A DNA stretch of 64,000 nucleotides from an uncultured Clostridia bacterium (lineage in GTDB: Bacteria; Bacillota; Clostridia; TANB77; CAG-508), in contig CANQVF010000001.1 in assembly GCA_947627185.1 (NCBI GenBank), positions 35,404 to 99,403 on the forward strand. The letters are read 5' to 3'. Made by a program: the position numbers and the translations under genes. Under the pieces are notes generated by a model, which saw only the letters and a program-made list of their open reading frames with translations, was not told where the DNA came from and did no database searches. Position 1 is the first letter of the stretch, and each line of letters starts with the position of its first letter. Shown here piece by piece: positions 50,332 through 61,898 of the stretch.

Positions 50332-51729
50332 ATGAGTGTAAAAGTAGAAAAGACTGAAAATAAAAATGAGGTTAAATTAGAATTTACAATTGAATCAAAA
50401 GTATTTGATGAAGGAATTAAAAAAGTATTTGAAAAAAATGCCAAATATTTTAATATACCAGGATTTAGAAAAGGTAAAGCTCCAATGAATATTGTAGAAA
50501 AATATTATGGAGATGAAATTTTTTATGAAGATGCTTTTAATGAAGTAGTTCCATCAATATATGATGATGCTATTAAATCTGAAAAATTAGATGTTGTAAG
50601 CAAACCTCAAATTGATATAAAACAAATGGAAAAAGGTAAAGATTTAATTTTTACAGCAGTTGTATCTTTAAAACCAGATGTTAAATTAGGTAAATATAAA
50701 GGTATTTCTTTAGAGAAAACAGAATATGAAGTTACAGATAAAGATATAGATGATGAAGTAAATAAAATGGCTGATCGTAATAGCAGAATGATATCAATTG
50801 ATAATAGAGCAACTAAAAAAGGAGATATTGCTGTTATAGATTTTGTTGGTTCTATAGATGGTGTAGAATTTGAAGGTGGAAAAGCAGAAAATCATGAATT
50901 AGAATTAGGAAGCAATACTTTCATACCAGGATTTGAAGACCAAGTAGTAGGAATGAAAATAGATGAAGTAAAAGATATAAAAGTAAAATTCCCAGATGAA
51001 TATTTTTCAAAAGATTTAGCTGGAAAAGATGCTGTATTCAAAGTAACTCTTCATGAAATAAAAGCAAAAGAATTACCTAAAATAGATGATGAATTTGCTA
51101 AAGATGTTAGTGAATTTGATACTTTAAAAGAATTAAAAGCAGATATAAAAAATAAAAAAGAAAAACAAAATGAAGAAAAATCTAAAGCTGAATTGGAAGA
51201 AAAAGCTGTAAAAGCAGTTGCTGAAAAATCAGAAGTAGATATTCCAGATGGAATGGTAGAACTTGAAATAGATAATATGGAAAGAGATATGGATAGAAGA
51301 TTATCATATCAAGGAATAACATTAGAACAGTATTTACAAATGATTGGTAAAAATAAAGCAGATTACAGAAAAGAAAGTGAAGCTCCTGCTAAAGAATCTT
51401 TAAAATTAAGATTAGTTTTAGAAGCTATTTGTAAAGATGCAAAATTAGAAGCATCAGATAAAGAAGTTGAAGATAAAATTAAAGAATTAGCTACAAGTTA
51501 TGGAAGAAAAGAAGAAGATTTAAAAAATAATAATGAGTTAATTTCAAGTGTAAAAGAAAATATAAAATCTGAAAAAGCAATAAATTTAATAATAGATAAT
51601 GCTAAAATTACAACTTCTAAAGAAAAGAAAGAAGAACCTAAAAAATCTACTTCAAAAAAAGAAACAAAAGTAGAAAGTAAAGAAAAAGAAGAGAAAAAAA
51701 CTTCTACAAAAAAGAGTACAAAAAAATAA
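50332..51729 (+). CDS. tig: trigger factor
   Basis: N-terminal ribosome-binding GFRKGKAP motif, FKBP-type PPIase domain, and a Lys-rich C-terminal tail. Confidence 0.93.
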   Translation: MSVKVEKTENKNEVKLEFTIESKVFDEGIKKVFEKNAKYFNIPGFRKGKAPMNIVEKYYGDEIFYEDAFNEVVPSIYDDAIKSEKLDVVSKPQIDIKQMEKGKDLIFTAVVSLKPDVKLGKYKGISLEKTEYEVTDKDIDDEVNKMADRNSRMISIDNRATKKGDIAVIDFVGSIDGVEFEGGKAENHELELGSNTFIPGFEDQVVGMKIDEVKDIKVKFPDEYFSKDLAGKDAVFKVTLHEIKAKELPKIDDEFAKDVSEFDTLKELKADIKNKKEKQNEEKSKAELEEKAVKAVAEKSEVDIPDGMVELEIDNMERDMDRRLSYQGITLEQYLQMIGKNKADYRKESEAPAKESLKLRLVLEAICKDAKLEASDKEVEDKIKELATSYGRKEEDLKNNNELISSVKENIKSEKAINLIIDNAKITTSKEKKEEPKKSTSKKETKVESKEKEEKKTSTKKSTKK

Positions 51730-51943
51730 TAATATAAATAATAAAAAATACTGAGTTTCATCAGTATTTTTTATTATTTATAAATGAAAATTAATGTTGT
51801 TTTATTTTTGTCAAAAAACAGAGAATTTTGTTTTTTAAATATGATTTTTTTTATATTAAATGTATTGAAAAAAATATATATTTAGTATATATTTAATAAA
51901 TATAGAAAATAATTTAAAATTTTAAATAAAACAGGAAAGGAAG

Positions 51944-52552
51944 ATGAAAATGATAGATAATAGTTTAGTACCTTATGTTATTGAGCAGACAAGTAGAGGA
52001 GAAAGATCTTATGATATATTCTCAAGATTATTAAAAGATAGAATTATTTTTTTAGCAGAGGATGTTAATCCTACTTCTGCAAGTTTAGTTGTAGCACAAC
52101 TTTTATTCTTAGAGTCTGAAGATCCAGATAAAGAAATTAGTTTATATATAAATAGTCCAGGTGGTTCTATTACAGATGGAATGGCAATAGTAGATACAAT
52201 AAATTATATAAAATGCCCAGTTTCAACAATATGTGTTGGAATGGCTGCAAGCATGGGAGCAGTATTACTTGCTTCAGGTGCTAAAGGAAGAAGATTTGCT
52301 ACTCCAAATGCAGAAGTATTAATTCATCAACCATTAATTGGCGGTGGTGGACTTTCAGGTCAAACAACAGAAATTAAAATTCATGCAGATCATATGGTTA
52401 GAACAAGAGAAAAATTAAATAAATTATTAAGTGAAAGAACAGGTCAAAGTTTAGAAACAATCGAAAGAGATACAGAAAGAGATAACTATATGACAGCAGA
52501 AGAAGCTTTAAAATATGGATTAATAGATGGAATACTTGATAAAAGAAATTAA
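51944..52552 (+). CDS. clpP: ATP-dependent Clp protease proteolytic subunit
   Basis: Ser-His-Asp context (GMAASMG ..). 202 aa. Confidence 0.95.
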   Translation: MKMIDNSLVPYVIEQTSRGERSYDIFSRLLKDRIIFLAEDVNPTSASLVVAQLLFLESEDPDKEISLYINSPGGSITDGMAIVDTINYIKCPVSTICVGMAASMGAVLLASGAKGRRFATPNAEVLIHQPLIGGGGLSGQTTEIKIHADHMVRTREKLNKLLSERTGQSLETIERDTERDNYMTAEEALKYGLIDGILDKRN

Positions 52553-52613
52553 AAATGTTTAAAAAAGTTTTATAGATTTTTTAAAATCTAAATATATTAA
52601 AAAGGAATGTAAA

Positions 52614-53909
52614 ATGGCTAAAAGTCAAGAAAGAATAGTTAAATGTTCTTTTTGTGGAAAACCACAAGAAGTTGTAAAAAAAATAATTGCAGGACCAGGT
52701 GTGTATATTTGTGATGAATGTATAGCCTTATGTCAAGATATTATTGAAGAAGAAATATATGAAACAGATGAAAAAAAAGAACAAGTAGAAATGTTAATTC
52801 CATCTGAAATAAAAAAGGTATTAGATGATTACGTTATAGGTCAGGAAGAAGCTAAAAAAACTTTATCTGTAGCTGTGTATAATCATTATAAAAGAATAAA
52901 CAATACAGATCTTATTGATGATATAGAAATACAAAAAAGTAATATCTTATTACTTGGACCTACAGGATGTGGAAAAACATTACTTGCTCAAACATTAGCA
53001 AAAATACTAGATGTTCCTTTTGCAATAGCTGATGCAACAACACTTACAGAAGCAGGATATGTTGGTGAAGATGTTGAAAATATTCTTTTAAAGCTTATTC
53101 AGTCAGCAGATTATGATATTGAAAAAGCACAAAAAGGTATTATATATATAGATGAAATAGACAAAATAACAAGAAAATCTGAAAATCCATCTATAACTAG
53201 AGATGTTAGTGGAGAAGGAGTTCAACAAGCATTACTTAAAATAGTTGAAGGTACTGTTGCTTCTGTACCACCACAAGGGGGAAGAAAACATCCACATCAA
53301 GAATTTATTCAAATAGATACTTCTAATATATTATTTATATGTGGAGGAGCTTTTGAAGGTTTAGAAAATATTATTAAAGATAGAGTAGGAAAAAAATCAA
53401 TAGGTTTTGGAGCTCAAATTGAAAGTAAAAATGATTTAAACAAAACAGAAATATTTAAACAATTATTACCACAAGATTTACTTAAATTTGGATTAATACC
53501 AGAATTTGTTGGTAGATTACCAATAGTTGCAACTTTAGATGGACTTACAAAAGAAGCATTAATAGATATTGTTACAAAGCCAAAAAATGCTTTAATAAAA
53601 CAATACAAAAAATTAGTAGAGCTAGATGGAGTTGAGCTAGAATTTGAAAAAGAAGCATTAGAAGCAATAGTTGATAAGGCAATTGAAAGAAATACAGGTG
53701 CTAGAGGATTACGCTCTATTATTGAAGAAATAATGAGAGATATAATGTATGATATTCCTTCAAATGAAAAAATAGTAAAATGTATTATAACAAAAGAAAC
53801 TGTTGAAAATAAAAAACAGCCAGAACTTGTTATAGATGAAAATAAAAAAAGAGAAATTCAAAAAACAAAGAAAAAAACTAAAAACTCCAAAAAAGAAGAA
53901 ACAGCTTAA
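52614..53909 (+). CDS. clpX: ATP-dependent Clp protease ATP-binding subunit ClpX
   Basis: N-terminal zinc finger CSFCGK ... CDEC, Walker [12 protein letters not shown]-type loop region. 431 aa. Confidence 0.95.
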   Translation: MAKSQERIVKCSFCGKPQEVVKKIIAGPGVYICDECIALCQDIIEEEIYETDEKKEQVEMLIPSEIKKVLDDYVIGQEEAKKTLSVAVYNHYKRINNTDLIDDIEIQKSNILLLGPTGCGKTLLAQTLAKILDVPFAIADATTLTEAGYVGEDVENILLKLIQSADYDIEKAQKGIIYIDEIDKITRKSENPSITRDVSGEGVQQALLKIVEGTVASVPPQGGRKHPHQEFIQIDTSNILFICGGAFEGLENIIKDRVGKKSIGFGAQIESKNDLNKTEIFKQLLPQDLLKFGLIPEFVGRLPIVATLDGLTKEALIDIVTKPKNALIKQYKKLVELDGVELEFEKEALEAIVDKAIERNTGARGLRSIIEEIMRDIMYDIPSNEKIVKCIITKETVENKKQPELVIDENKKREIQKTKKKTKNSKKEETA

Positions 53910-53978
53910 AAAAATAAAGATCTTAGTTTAAAAGTTAGGAAATTAAAAATTTCTTAAAATAAACTAGATCTTTTTTTT

Positions 53979-55799
53979 TTATTCAAAAATAGTTAAATTA
54001 TTATTATTTATTAAAGATTCATATTTATGAGAAAATTCATTGAGTTTTGATTTTAAAGCTACATTTTGTTTAGCATATAGCATATTAAGATATTCATGTT
54101 TTGTAACATATTTTTCTTCTGTTGTATAATAGTTTGTAAATTCTATAGAAATATTTATACAGTGACGTATAATTTTCTCATAAACTGAAAGAATTTCAAC
54201 AAATGCAATTCCTGTTTCAACAGAGCATAATTCTTGTTTTAATCTTTCTATATGTTGTTTTTTAAATTTTTCTCTATACATTTCTGAAATTTCTCCTAAT
54301 GCTTGAATTTCAATTGTATTATTTAAATTTTCTTCATTAAGATATTCCATTGTTCTTGACAAAATATCTTTTAAAATATTATATAATAAAAATATTTCTT
54401 TAGTTGCAGTATCAGAAAAATGAAGTTCATTATCATACATAGTTTCAATTATTTTAGATAGTTCATATGAATAATCACCTATTTTTTCAAATTCTGATTT
54501 TATTTTTAATAATGATGTAATAGATTTATTTTCTTGTTCTGTAAGTTCTAAGTTGCTTAATTTAACTAAAAAACTTGAAAGGGCAATATCTATTTTATCT
54601 ATGGAATTTTCTCTTTCATGTATGTGTTCAAATTTTTGTGTATCAAAGTTATTTAATAATCCCATAGATCTTTTTAAATTTTTCTCACATAGTTCTGCCA
54701 TTTTAGAAATAACTTTTAAACTATTAGAAATTGCAACATTTGGAATGTTTGTTATTCTTTCATCTAATATGTTTAAAATTATTAAATCTTTACTAGTATC
54801 TTCTTCATCGTTAACTTGATTAGAATTATCTTTTATAGCAAATGTTGCTAATTTTTCTAATAAACCAATGCAAGGTAAAAGTATAATAGTAGAAACTAAA
54901 TTGAATATTAAGTGAAAATTTGCAATTCCACCCATATTAATTGGAGAATTCCAAAAGCTAAATCCTATAAAATACTGATATGTATAAATTACTATAATAA
55001 AAATTATTGATCCTATTAAATTAAATAATAAATGCACAGCAGCAACTCTTTTTGCATTTTTAGAAGCAGCTAAGCTAGATAGAATAGAAGTAAAGCAAGT
55101 ACCTATGTTTTGACCAAGTATTATAGGAATTGTAGTAGAATATGTAATAATTCCAGTTTGTGATATAGCTTGAAGAATACCAACTGTAGCAGCAGAACTT
55201 TGAATTAAAGCTGTTATAATAGCACCTACTAAAATACCTAGTATAGGGTTAGAAAGTTTACTTAAAACCTGACTTAATATAGGAAGATTACTAAAACTAC
55301 TTGCCATGTTTATCATTGTCATAAGACCAGTAAATAACAAACCAATTCCTATTAAAAGTTGTCCAATATCTTTCATTTTCCTTTTTTTCTTGAATTCTAG
55401 TAATAAAAATCCCACTATTATAAATATAGATGATAAAACTGTAGGATTTAGTAAAGAAAAAATACTATTTCCTTCTATAGAAGCAAGTCTTAATATTTGA
55501 GCTGTTATTGTAGTACCAATATTGGCTCCCATAATTATTGGAATAGCATTTCTTAATTTAAGTATTTCAGCATTTACAAATCCAACAACTAAAATTGTTA
55601 CAATTGCAGAACTTTGAACTGCAGCTGTTACAATAATTCCAATAAAAATTCCTTTGAACACATTATCAGTGCTTTTCTTTAGTATCGATTTTAATTTTTC
55701 ACCAGTAAGTTTTTTTAAGTTTGTACTTAACATATTCATTCCATATATTAGTAAAACTAGACCACCTACCATTTTTATAATTGTTGCAATTATGTTCAA
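53979..55799 (-). CDS. Na/Pi-cotransporter family protein with C-terminal PhoU-like domain
   Basis: Duplicated Na_Pi_cotrans repeats (QSSAATVGILQA / QSSAIVTILVV) plus a cytoplasmic helical C-terminus. 606 aa. Confidence 0.8.
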   Translation of the reverse strand: MNIIATIIKMVGGLVLLIYGMNMLSTNLKKLTGEKLKSILKKSTDNVFKGIFIGIIVTAAVQSSAIVTILVVGFVNAEILKLRNAIPIIMGANIGTTITAQILRLASIEGNSIFSLLNPTVLSSIFIIVGFLLLEFKKKRKMKDIGQLLIGIGLLFTGLMTMINMASSFSNLPILSQVLSKLSNPILGILVGAIITALIQSSAATVGILQAISQTGIITYSTTIPIILGQNIGTCFTSILSSLAASKNAKRVAAVHLLFNLIGSIIFIIVIYTYQYFIGFSFWNSPINMGGIANFHLIFNLVSTIILLPCIGLLEKLATFAIKDNSNQVNDEEDTSKDLIILNILDERITNIPNVAISNSLKVISKMAELCEKNLKRSMGLLNNFDTQKFEHIHERENSIDKIDIALSSFLVKLSNLELTEQENKSITSLLKIKSEFEKIGDYSYELSKIIETMYDNELHFSDTATKEIFLLYNILKDILSRTMEYLNEENLNNTIEIQALGEISEMYREKFKKQHIERLKQELCSVETGIAFVEILSVYEKIIRHCINISIEFTNYYTTEEKYVTKHEYLNMLYAKQNVALKSKLNEFSHKYESLINNNNLTIFE

Positions 55800-55934
55800 G
55801 TAAAAACCTCCTTATAGGTAAATATTTTATTATTTATTATTATGAAGTTTTTATAATATATTTTTTCAATTTATAATTTACTATAAAAATTCAAATATTT
55901 CAACAAATAACTACAAAATAATTAAAAATATGTT

Positions 55935-56852
55935 TTATAAATTAGATAAATCATTATTTAAGATAATTTGCATGTCATTAGGAAAAGATGTTTCTAATAT
56001 AATATTTCTTTTTGTTATAGGATGAATAAATTTTACTTTAAAAGCATGAAGTGCTTGTCTGGAAATTAAATTAGAAGTGGCTCCATATAATGTATCACCT
56101 AAAATAGGATGATTTATATATTTTGAATGAACTCGTAATTGATGTGTTCTTCCAGTTTCTAGAGAAAATTTAACAAGAGATAGTTTTATTGTTTCTTTAT
56201 TAAAAAATACTTCAAAATTTTTTATAAGTTCTAAATATGTAACTGAATTGTCACCATTCTTATTTATTTCTCGTTCAATAATTGAACCATTTTTTCTAGC
56301 AATAGGTGCATCAATTTTTAAAATTTTTTTATTAATATGTCCGGTTAAAATTGCATAATAATTCTTTTCAAAAGTTTTATTTTTCATTTGTTTTATAAGA
56401 GATTCTTGAATATATTCATTTTTAGCGAAAATAACAATTCCAGAAGTATCTTTATCTAATCTATTAACAGGTCTAATTTTTGTTTTTATATTGTTTTCTT
56501 GAAAGTAAAACTGAACACCATTAGAAAGACTATCTTCGAAATGAGAAATAGAAGGGTGTACAGGTATGTTTGCAGACTTATTTATAATAAGTAAACTTTC
56601 ATCTTCATATATGATATTTAAATTCATTTTTTTAGGTATTATATTTTCACTTATTTCATTAAAGTTTAAATTTACAGAAATTTTATCTCCAATATTAATT
56701 TTATAATCTACATATTTTGGAAAGTCATTTAAAAAAATATTATTATTTTTTTTTAATTTAGTTATTAATCTATCAGAAATTAAAAAATAATCTTTTAAAA
56801 CTTCTTTTATAGTAGAATATTTATTATTATTAACGTAATATAAAAGTTCCAT
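55935..56852 (-). CDS. rluD: RluA-family 23S rRNA pseudouridine synthase (RluD-like) with S4 domain
   Basis: HQLRVH catalytic motif and RLDKDTSG Asp motif. Confidence 0.85.
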   Translation of the reverse strand: MELLYYVNNNKYSTIKEVLKDYFLISDRLITKLKKNNNIFLNDFPKYVDYKINIGDKISVNLNFNEISENIIPKKMNLNIIYEDESLLIINKSANIPVHPSISHFEDSLSNGVQFYFQENNIKTKIRPVNRLDKDTSGIVIFAKNEYIQESLIKQMKNKTFEKNYYAILTGHINKKILKIDAPIARKNGSIIEREINKNGDNSVTYLELIKNFEVFFNKETIKLSLVKFSLETGRTHQLRVHSKYINHPILGDTLYGATSNLISRQALHAFKVKFIHPITKRNIILETSFPNDMQIILNNDLSNL

Positions 56853-57054
56853 AAAAATACCTCATAAAATTATTTTTAGCATTTTATCATAAAAATAGCT
56901 AGTTTTCAAAAAATATGAAAATTATTATACTAAAATTCTAGTTGATTATTAAATTCTATATAAAAATTTTGTAAAAAAATTTGTAAAAAAATATTTATAT
57001 GATATAATCCTATATATAATTATTTTACAAATGAAATAAATGAGGTGTTAAAAA

Positions 57055-57636
57055 ATGCTTTTTACGAATGAAGAAATATTGAAAAATAAGATAAAACAAA
57101 ATGCTAGAAAAAGAGTATTTCTTACAATATTATGTTTTTTAATTATATTACCTTTAATTATTTATAATTTGCTTTTAATATTTGAATTAAAAATTATACC
57201 AGATAAAATAATTGATATTTCAGGAATAAAACCATATATTGTTACTACAGACAATTTTTTACCAAACTTGCATAAAGGTGATATTATTAATTTAAAAGAT
57301 GAAAATGAAAATTTAAAAATAGGAGATATTATAATTTATTATAATGGAAAAGAAAAGGAATTAGCAGAAATAACAGATATAGATAATATTCAATTAAAAG
57401 TTAATGTTATTACAAATTCAAATGACGATAAAATTTCTTTGAATAATGATGAAATTTTAGGAAAATATGACTTTAAAATATTTGATTTAGGTTTAATAAT
57501 AACTTTTTTACAAGATAAAATTTTGCTGGTATATTTTATACTTATTATATACATTCTATATATGAGAAATAGTTATAAAACAGAAAGAAATTTAATAAGA
57601 AAAATGAAAAAAGAAATATATGAAAAAAATAATTAA
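57055..57636 (+). CDS. bitopic membrane protein with a SipW/S26-signal-peptidase-like ectodomain (possibly degenerate)
   Basis: TM1, then ..ISGIKPYIVTTDNFLPNLHKGDIINLKD .. IGDIIIYYNG, which loosely resembles SGSMEP..GD(I/L)I(V/L) of archaeal-type SPase I. TM2 at the C-terminus. Confidence 0.3.
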   Translation: MLFTNEEILKNKIKQNARKRVFLTILCFLIILPLIIYNLLLIFELKIIPDKIIDISGIKPYIVTTDNFLPNLHKGDIINLKDENENLKIGDIIIYYNGKEKELAEITDIDNIQLKVNVITNSNDDKISLNNDEILGKYDFKIFDLGLIITFLQDKILLVYFILIIYILYMRNSYKTERNLIRKMKKEIYEKNN

Positions 57637-57819
57637 CTATAATTTAAAATTGATTATAAAATAAAAGTTATTATAAGAAAAATAGATGTTTATAAATTTA
57701 ACATCTATTTTTTTTGAAAAGTAAATATAAAAAACAAATGTTTTTTATACTGACCTATCAGTATAAAGATAAAATATAAAAAATATGATATAAATATATA
57801 GTAAAAGAAAGGAAAAATT

Positions 57820-59541
57820 ATGAACGAAAGATTATATGATTACATGAAAATAACAGATTTAAAGGATATGCTTAAAAAGTCTGGAGAAAAATATGGAGAT
57901 AGAATTGCTTATAAAATAAGAGCTGGAGAAGGAAAATATAAAACAATTTCTCATAAAGAAATAAGAGATATGATTAATGGTTTAGGAACAGCTTTAATTG
58001 ATATGGGACTTAAAAATAAAAAAATAGCTGTAATAGGAGAAAACAGATATGAATGGAATTTATCTTATTTATCAGTAGTTTGTGGAACAGGTATTATTGT
58101 TCCTTTTGATAAATCCTTACCAGAGAATGAATTAAGAAGTTTAATAGAACGCTCAGGTGTTGAAGCAATTTTTTATACAAAAAAATATGATGATGTTCTT
58201 AAAAATATTAAATGTGAAGGTGTTGGAAAATTAAAACATTTAATATCAATGGATTTAAAAATTCATACTGATGGTGTATATTCACAAAGTGAATTAATAG
58301 AAAAAGGTAAAGCATTAATAGAAAAGGGAGATAGAAGATTCATTGATGCAAAAATAAATAATGAGGTAATGAGTATAATGTTATTTACTTCTGGAACTAC
58401 ATCTGCTTCAAAAATAGTTGCTTTATCACATAAAAATATATGTTCAAATTTAATGGATATAGCTTCTGTTTTGGATGTTGATTGCAATGATACATTTTTA
58501 TCTTTTTTACCACTACATCATGTTTTTGAATGTACAGTAGGTTTTTTATTTTCTCTATATTCAGGTGCTCAAACAGTATATTGCGATGGTATAAGACATG
58601 TAACAGAAAATATGAAGGAATATAAAGTTTCTGTTATGGCTTCTGTTCCTGCAATATATGAAGGAATATTTAAAATAATAAGAAAACAAGCAGAAAAAAA
58701 AGGATGCATAAATGAAATATTACAAAAAGAAGAAAAGTATGCAAATTATCCAATGGAGGAAAGAAAAAAAGCTTTTAAAGAAATTCATGATATGCTTGGT
58801 GGAAAAGTTAAATTAATGATTAGTGGGGCAGCTTCTCTTGATGCTACAATAGAAAATAAATTTAGACTTTTAGGATTTAATCTAGTTCAAGGATATGGTT
58901 TAACGGAAACTTCACCAGTAGTTGCAGTTGGAAGTAATAGATATAATAAAGTTGGTTCTATTGGAAAAGCAGTTCCAAGTGTTGAAGTAAAAATTGATAA
59001 TCCAGATAAAACAGGAATGGGTGAACTTCTTGTTAAAGGTCCAAGCATAATGCTTGAATATTATGAAAATAAGAAAGCAACAAGAGATTCATTAATTGAT
59101 GGTTGGTTTTATACAGGAGATTTAGCAAGAATAGATGATGAAGGTTATATTTTTATTTGTGGTAGAAAGAAAAGTGTAATTGTTTTAAAAAATGGAAAAA
59201 ATATTTTTCCAGAAGAAATGGAAAATCTTGTTAATAGAATTGAAGGTGTAGAAGAATCTTTTATATTTGGAAAACAAATGTCTGAAGATAAAAACGATAT
59301 AAAAATTTTTGTTAAAATTGTTTATAATAAAGAAATTGCTGAAAATGTATATAAAGTAAAAGGAGAAGAAAATATTTACAAGAAAATATCAGAAAGAATA
59401 AAAGAAATAAATCAAACGATGCCAAAGTATAAAGCTATAAGAGGAATGATTTTGTCAGAAAAACCATTAATAAAAACTACAACAAATAAAATAAAACGAG
59501 AAAAAAATTTAGAATTAATACAAAAAGAAAATTCATTATAA
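57820..59541 (+). CDS. long-chain-fatty-acid--CoA ligase (AMP-binding family)
   Basis: AMP-binding motif LFTSGTTSASK and the GYGLTETSPV motif. 573 aa. Confidence 0.85.
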   Translation: MNERLYDYMKITDLKDMLKKSGEKYGDRIAYKIRAGEGKYKTISHKEIRDMINGLGTALIDMGLKNKKIAVIGENRYEWNLSYLSVVCGTGIIVPFDKSLPENELRSLIERSGVEAIFYTKKYDDVLKNIKCEGVGKLKHLISMDLKIHTDGVYSQSELIEKGKALIEKGDRRFIDAKINNEVMSIMLFTSGTTSASKIVALSHKNICSNLMDIASVLDVDCNDTFLSFLPLHHVFECTVGFLFSLYSGAQTVYCDGIRHVTENMKEYKVSVMASVPAIYEGIFKIIRKQAEKKGCINEILQKEEKYANYPMEERKKAFKEIHDMLGGKVKLMISGAASLDATIENKFRLLGFNLVQGYGLTETSPVVAVGSNRYNKVGSIGKAVPSVEVKIDNPDKTGMGELLVKGPSIMLEYYENKKATRDSLIDGWFYTGDLARIDDEGYIFICGRKKSVIVLKNGKNIFPEEMENLVNRIEGVEESFIFGKQMSEDKNDIKIFVKIVYNKEIAENVYKVKGEENIYKKISERIKEINQTMPKYKAIRGMILSEKPLIKTTTNKIKREKNLELIQKENSL

Positions 59542-59631
59542 AAATTCTATTATTAGATAAAGTAGAAAAAAATATTTTTATAAGAATAATAAAAATAATG
59601 AAATAAGTAAATAAATAATAAAAGGAATAAA

Positions 59632-60204
59632 ATGGAATTGAATACAAAATTTTTAGGAAAAAGTTTTGAACATTATGAAATAATAGATTCTACTCAAGCA
59701 GAAGTATGGAGAAGAATAGAAAAAAATAATGTAAAAAATGGAAATTTAATTATAGCAGATATTCAAACAAATGGTATTGGAACACATGGTAGAATATGGA
59801 AAACGGATGAAAAAAACAATATTGCATTTTCTTTTGCAATAAAAACGGATTGTAATATTTCAAAACTAAATGGAATTACTAAAGAAGTTGCAGAAGTTTT
59901 ATTGCAAGTTTTTAAGAATTTATATAATGTAGAAATTAAAATAAAAGAACCAAATGATTTAATCATTAATGAAAAAAAAGTAGGTGGAATACTTTGTCAA
60001 ACAAAATTGAAAGGTGAAATAGTAAATTATATTGTTATAGGAATAGGAATAAATACAAATAAAATTTACTTTTCAGATGATATAAAAGAAATTGCAACAT
60101 CGATAAAAAAAGAATTTAATGTTAATGTAAATAACGAGGAAGTCATAAAAGAATTTTGTAGTTTATTTGAAGAAAAATTAGTAAAAAGGATTGGTGGAGT
60201 TTAA
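59632..60204 (+). CDS. birA: biotin--protein ligase catalytic domain protein (group I BPL, no HTH)
   Basis: TNGIGTHGRIWKTDEKNNIAFS and KEPNDLIINEKKVGGIL, the BPL/LPL catalytic signature. Stop overlaps the fabD start (taATG). Confidence 0.7.
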   Translation: MELNTKFLGKSFEHYEIIDSTQAEVWRRIEKNNVKNGNLIIADIQTNGIGTHGRIWKTDEKNNIAFSFAIKTDCNISKLNGITKEVAEVLLQVFKNLYNVEIKIKEPNDLIINEKKVGGILCQTKLKGEIVNYIVIGIGINTNKIYFSDDIKEIATSIKKEFNVNVNNEEVIKEFCSLFEEKLVKRIGGV

Positions 60205-61145
60205 TGAAAATAGGATTTTTATTTCCAGGTCAAGGTTCACAAATTACTGGAATGGGAAAAGATTTATATGAAAAATTTGAAGAGGTAAAAGAAGTTTATG
60301 AAAATGTAAAGCAAATTACTAAAATAGATGTTGCTAATATGAGTTTCGAAGCGGAAAGTGAGCTTTTAAATCAAACTAAAAATACACAAATTTGTATATT
60401 AACAATGAGCTTAGCAATATTAAAATTACTAGAAAAAGAAAATATTAAAGCAGAAATATCAAGTGGTTTAAGTTTAGGAGAATATTCTGCATTAATTTAT
60501 AGTAAAGCAATTTCTTTTGAAGATGGTGTAAAGCTTGTAAAAAATAGAGGCGAATATATGCAAAATTTAGTTCCAAGTGGAGATTGGTCAATGGCTGCAA
60601 TTTTAGGAATGACAGAAAAAGAGGTTTATGAGCTTTGCAGAAAAGTAAAAAATGGATTTGCAGTACCTGTAAATTTTAATTGTCCAGGACAAATTGTTGT
60701 TTCAGGTGATAAAACAGGAATTGAAGAAGTAGAAAATCTAGGAAAAGAAATGGGGGCAAAAAAAGTAAGAATTTTAAATACATCAGGCCCTTTTCATACA
60801 GAAAAGTTACTTAATGCTTCTAATGCATTGAGAAAAGATTTGGAAAAAATACATTTTAATAATTTTGAAACAAAAGTTGTAAAAAACATAGATGGAAAAA
60901 TCTACGATAAAGATGATGATATAGTAGATATTTTAGCAAAACATATAATTAGTCCAGTTCATTTTGAAACGTGTTTAGAAACAATGATTTTAGAAGGAGT
61001 AGATACATTTATAGAAATTGGACCAGGAAAAACTTTATCAGGTTTTGTAAAAAGAATGCCTTGTGAAAAGAATTTAAATATTTTAAATATAAATAATGTT
61101 GAAACATACGAAAATACTATAAAATTTTTAAAAGGAGAAAATTAA
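60204..61145 (+). CDS. fabD: malonyl CoA-acyl carrier protein transacylase
   Basis: GFLFPGQGSQITGMG and the GLSLGEYSAL nucleophile elbow. Confidence 0.93.
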   Translation: MKIGFLFPGQGSQITGMGKDLYEKFEEVKEVYENVKQITKIDVANMSFEAESELLNQTKNTQICILTMSLAILKLLEKENIKAEISSGLSLGEYSALIYSKAISFEDGVKLVKNRGEYMQNLVPSGDWSMAAILGMTEKEVYELCRKVKNGFAVPVNFNCPGQIVVSGDKTGIEEVENLGKEMGAKKVRILNTSGPFHTEKLLNASNALRKDLEKIHFNNFETKVVKNIDGKIYDKDDDIVDILAKHIISPVHFETCLETMILEGVDTFIEIGPGKTLSGFVKRMPCEKNLNILNINNVETYENTIKFLKGEN

Positions 61146-61147
61146 TT

Positions 61148-61882
61148 ATGAGTAAAGTTGCATTAATAACAGGTGCTACTAGAGGAATTGGAAAGCAAAT
61201 AGCACTTACGCTTTCAAAGGAAGGATATAATATAATTTTAAATTATAGAACATTGAATGAAGATGTTGAAAAAGTAAAAAAAGAGATAGAAAGCAATAAT
61301 GTAGAAGTTTTATTAGCAAAAGGCGATGTTTCAAATTTTGATGATTGCAAAAAATTTGTAGATGATGGAATAGCAAAATTTGGAAAAATTGATGTTCTTG
61401 TAAATAATGCAGGAATTACAAAAGATATGTTAATTGCTAGAATGAAAGAAGAAGATTTTATACATGTTTTAGATGTAAATTTAGTTGGAACTTTCAATGT
61501 AACTAAAAATGTAGTTGCATATATGATGAAAGAAAGAAATGGAAGAATTATAAATATATCTTCTGTTGTTGGAATATCTGGAAATGCTGGTCAAGCTAAT
61601 TATTCTGCATCAAAAGCTGGAATAATTGGATTTACTAAAAGTTTAGCTAAAGAATTATCTTCTAGAAATATATTAGTAAATGCGATCGCTCCTGGTTTTA
61701 TAGAAAGTGATATGACAAATGTTTTAAAAGACAACGTAAAAGAAGAAATTACAAAAAATATACCACTTAGAAGAATTGGAAAACCAGAAGATGTTGCTAA
61801 TGTTGTTAAATTTTTAGCTTCAAGTGATAGCTCATATATTACAGGTCAAGTTATAAATGTTGATGGTGGAATGTTAATGTAA
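61148..61882 (+). CDS. fabG: 3-oxoacyl-[ACP] reductase
   Basis: TGATRGIGKQIA Rossmann motif and the YSASKAG catalytic motif. Confidence 0.93.
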   Translation: MSKVALITGATRGIGKQIALTLSKEGYNIILNYRTLNEDVEKVKKEIESNNVEVLLAKGDVSNFDDCKKFVDDGIAKFGKIDVLVNNAGITKDMLIARMKEEDFIHVLDVNLVGTFNVTKNVVAYMMKERNGRIINISSVVGISGNAGQANYSASKAGIIGFTKSLAKELSSRNILVNAIAPGFIESDMTNVLKDNVKEEITKNIPLRRIGKPEDVANVVKFLASSDSSYITGQVINVDGGMLM

Positions 61883-61898
61883 GGAAAGGTGATATAAA

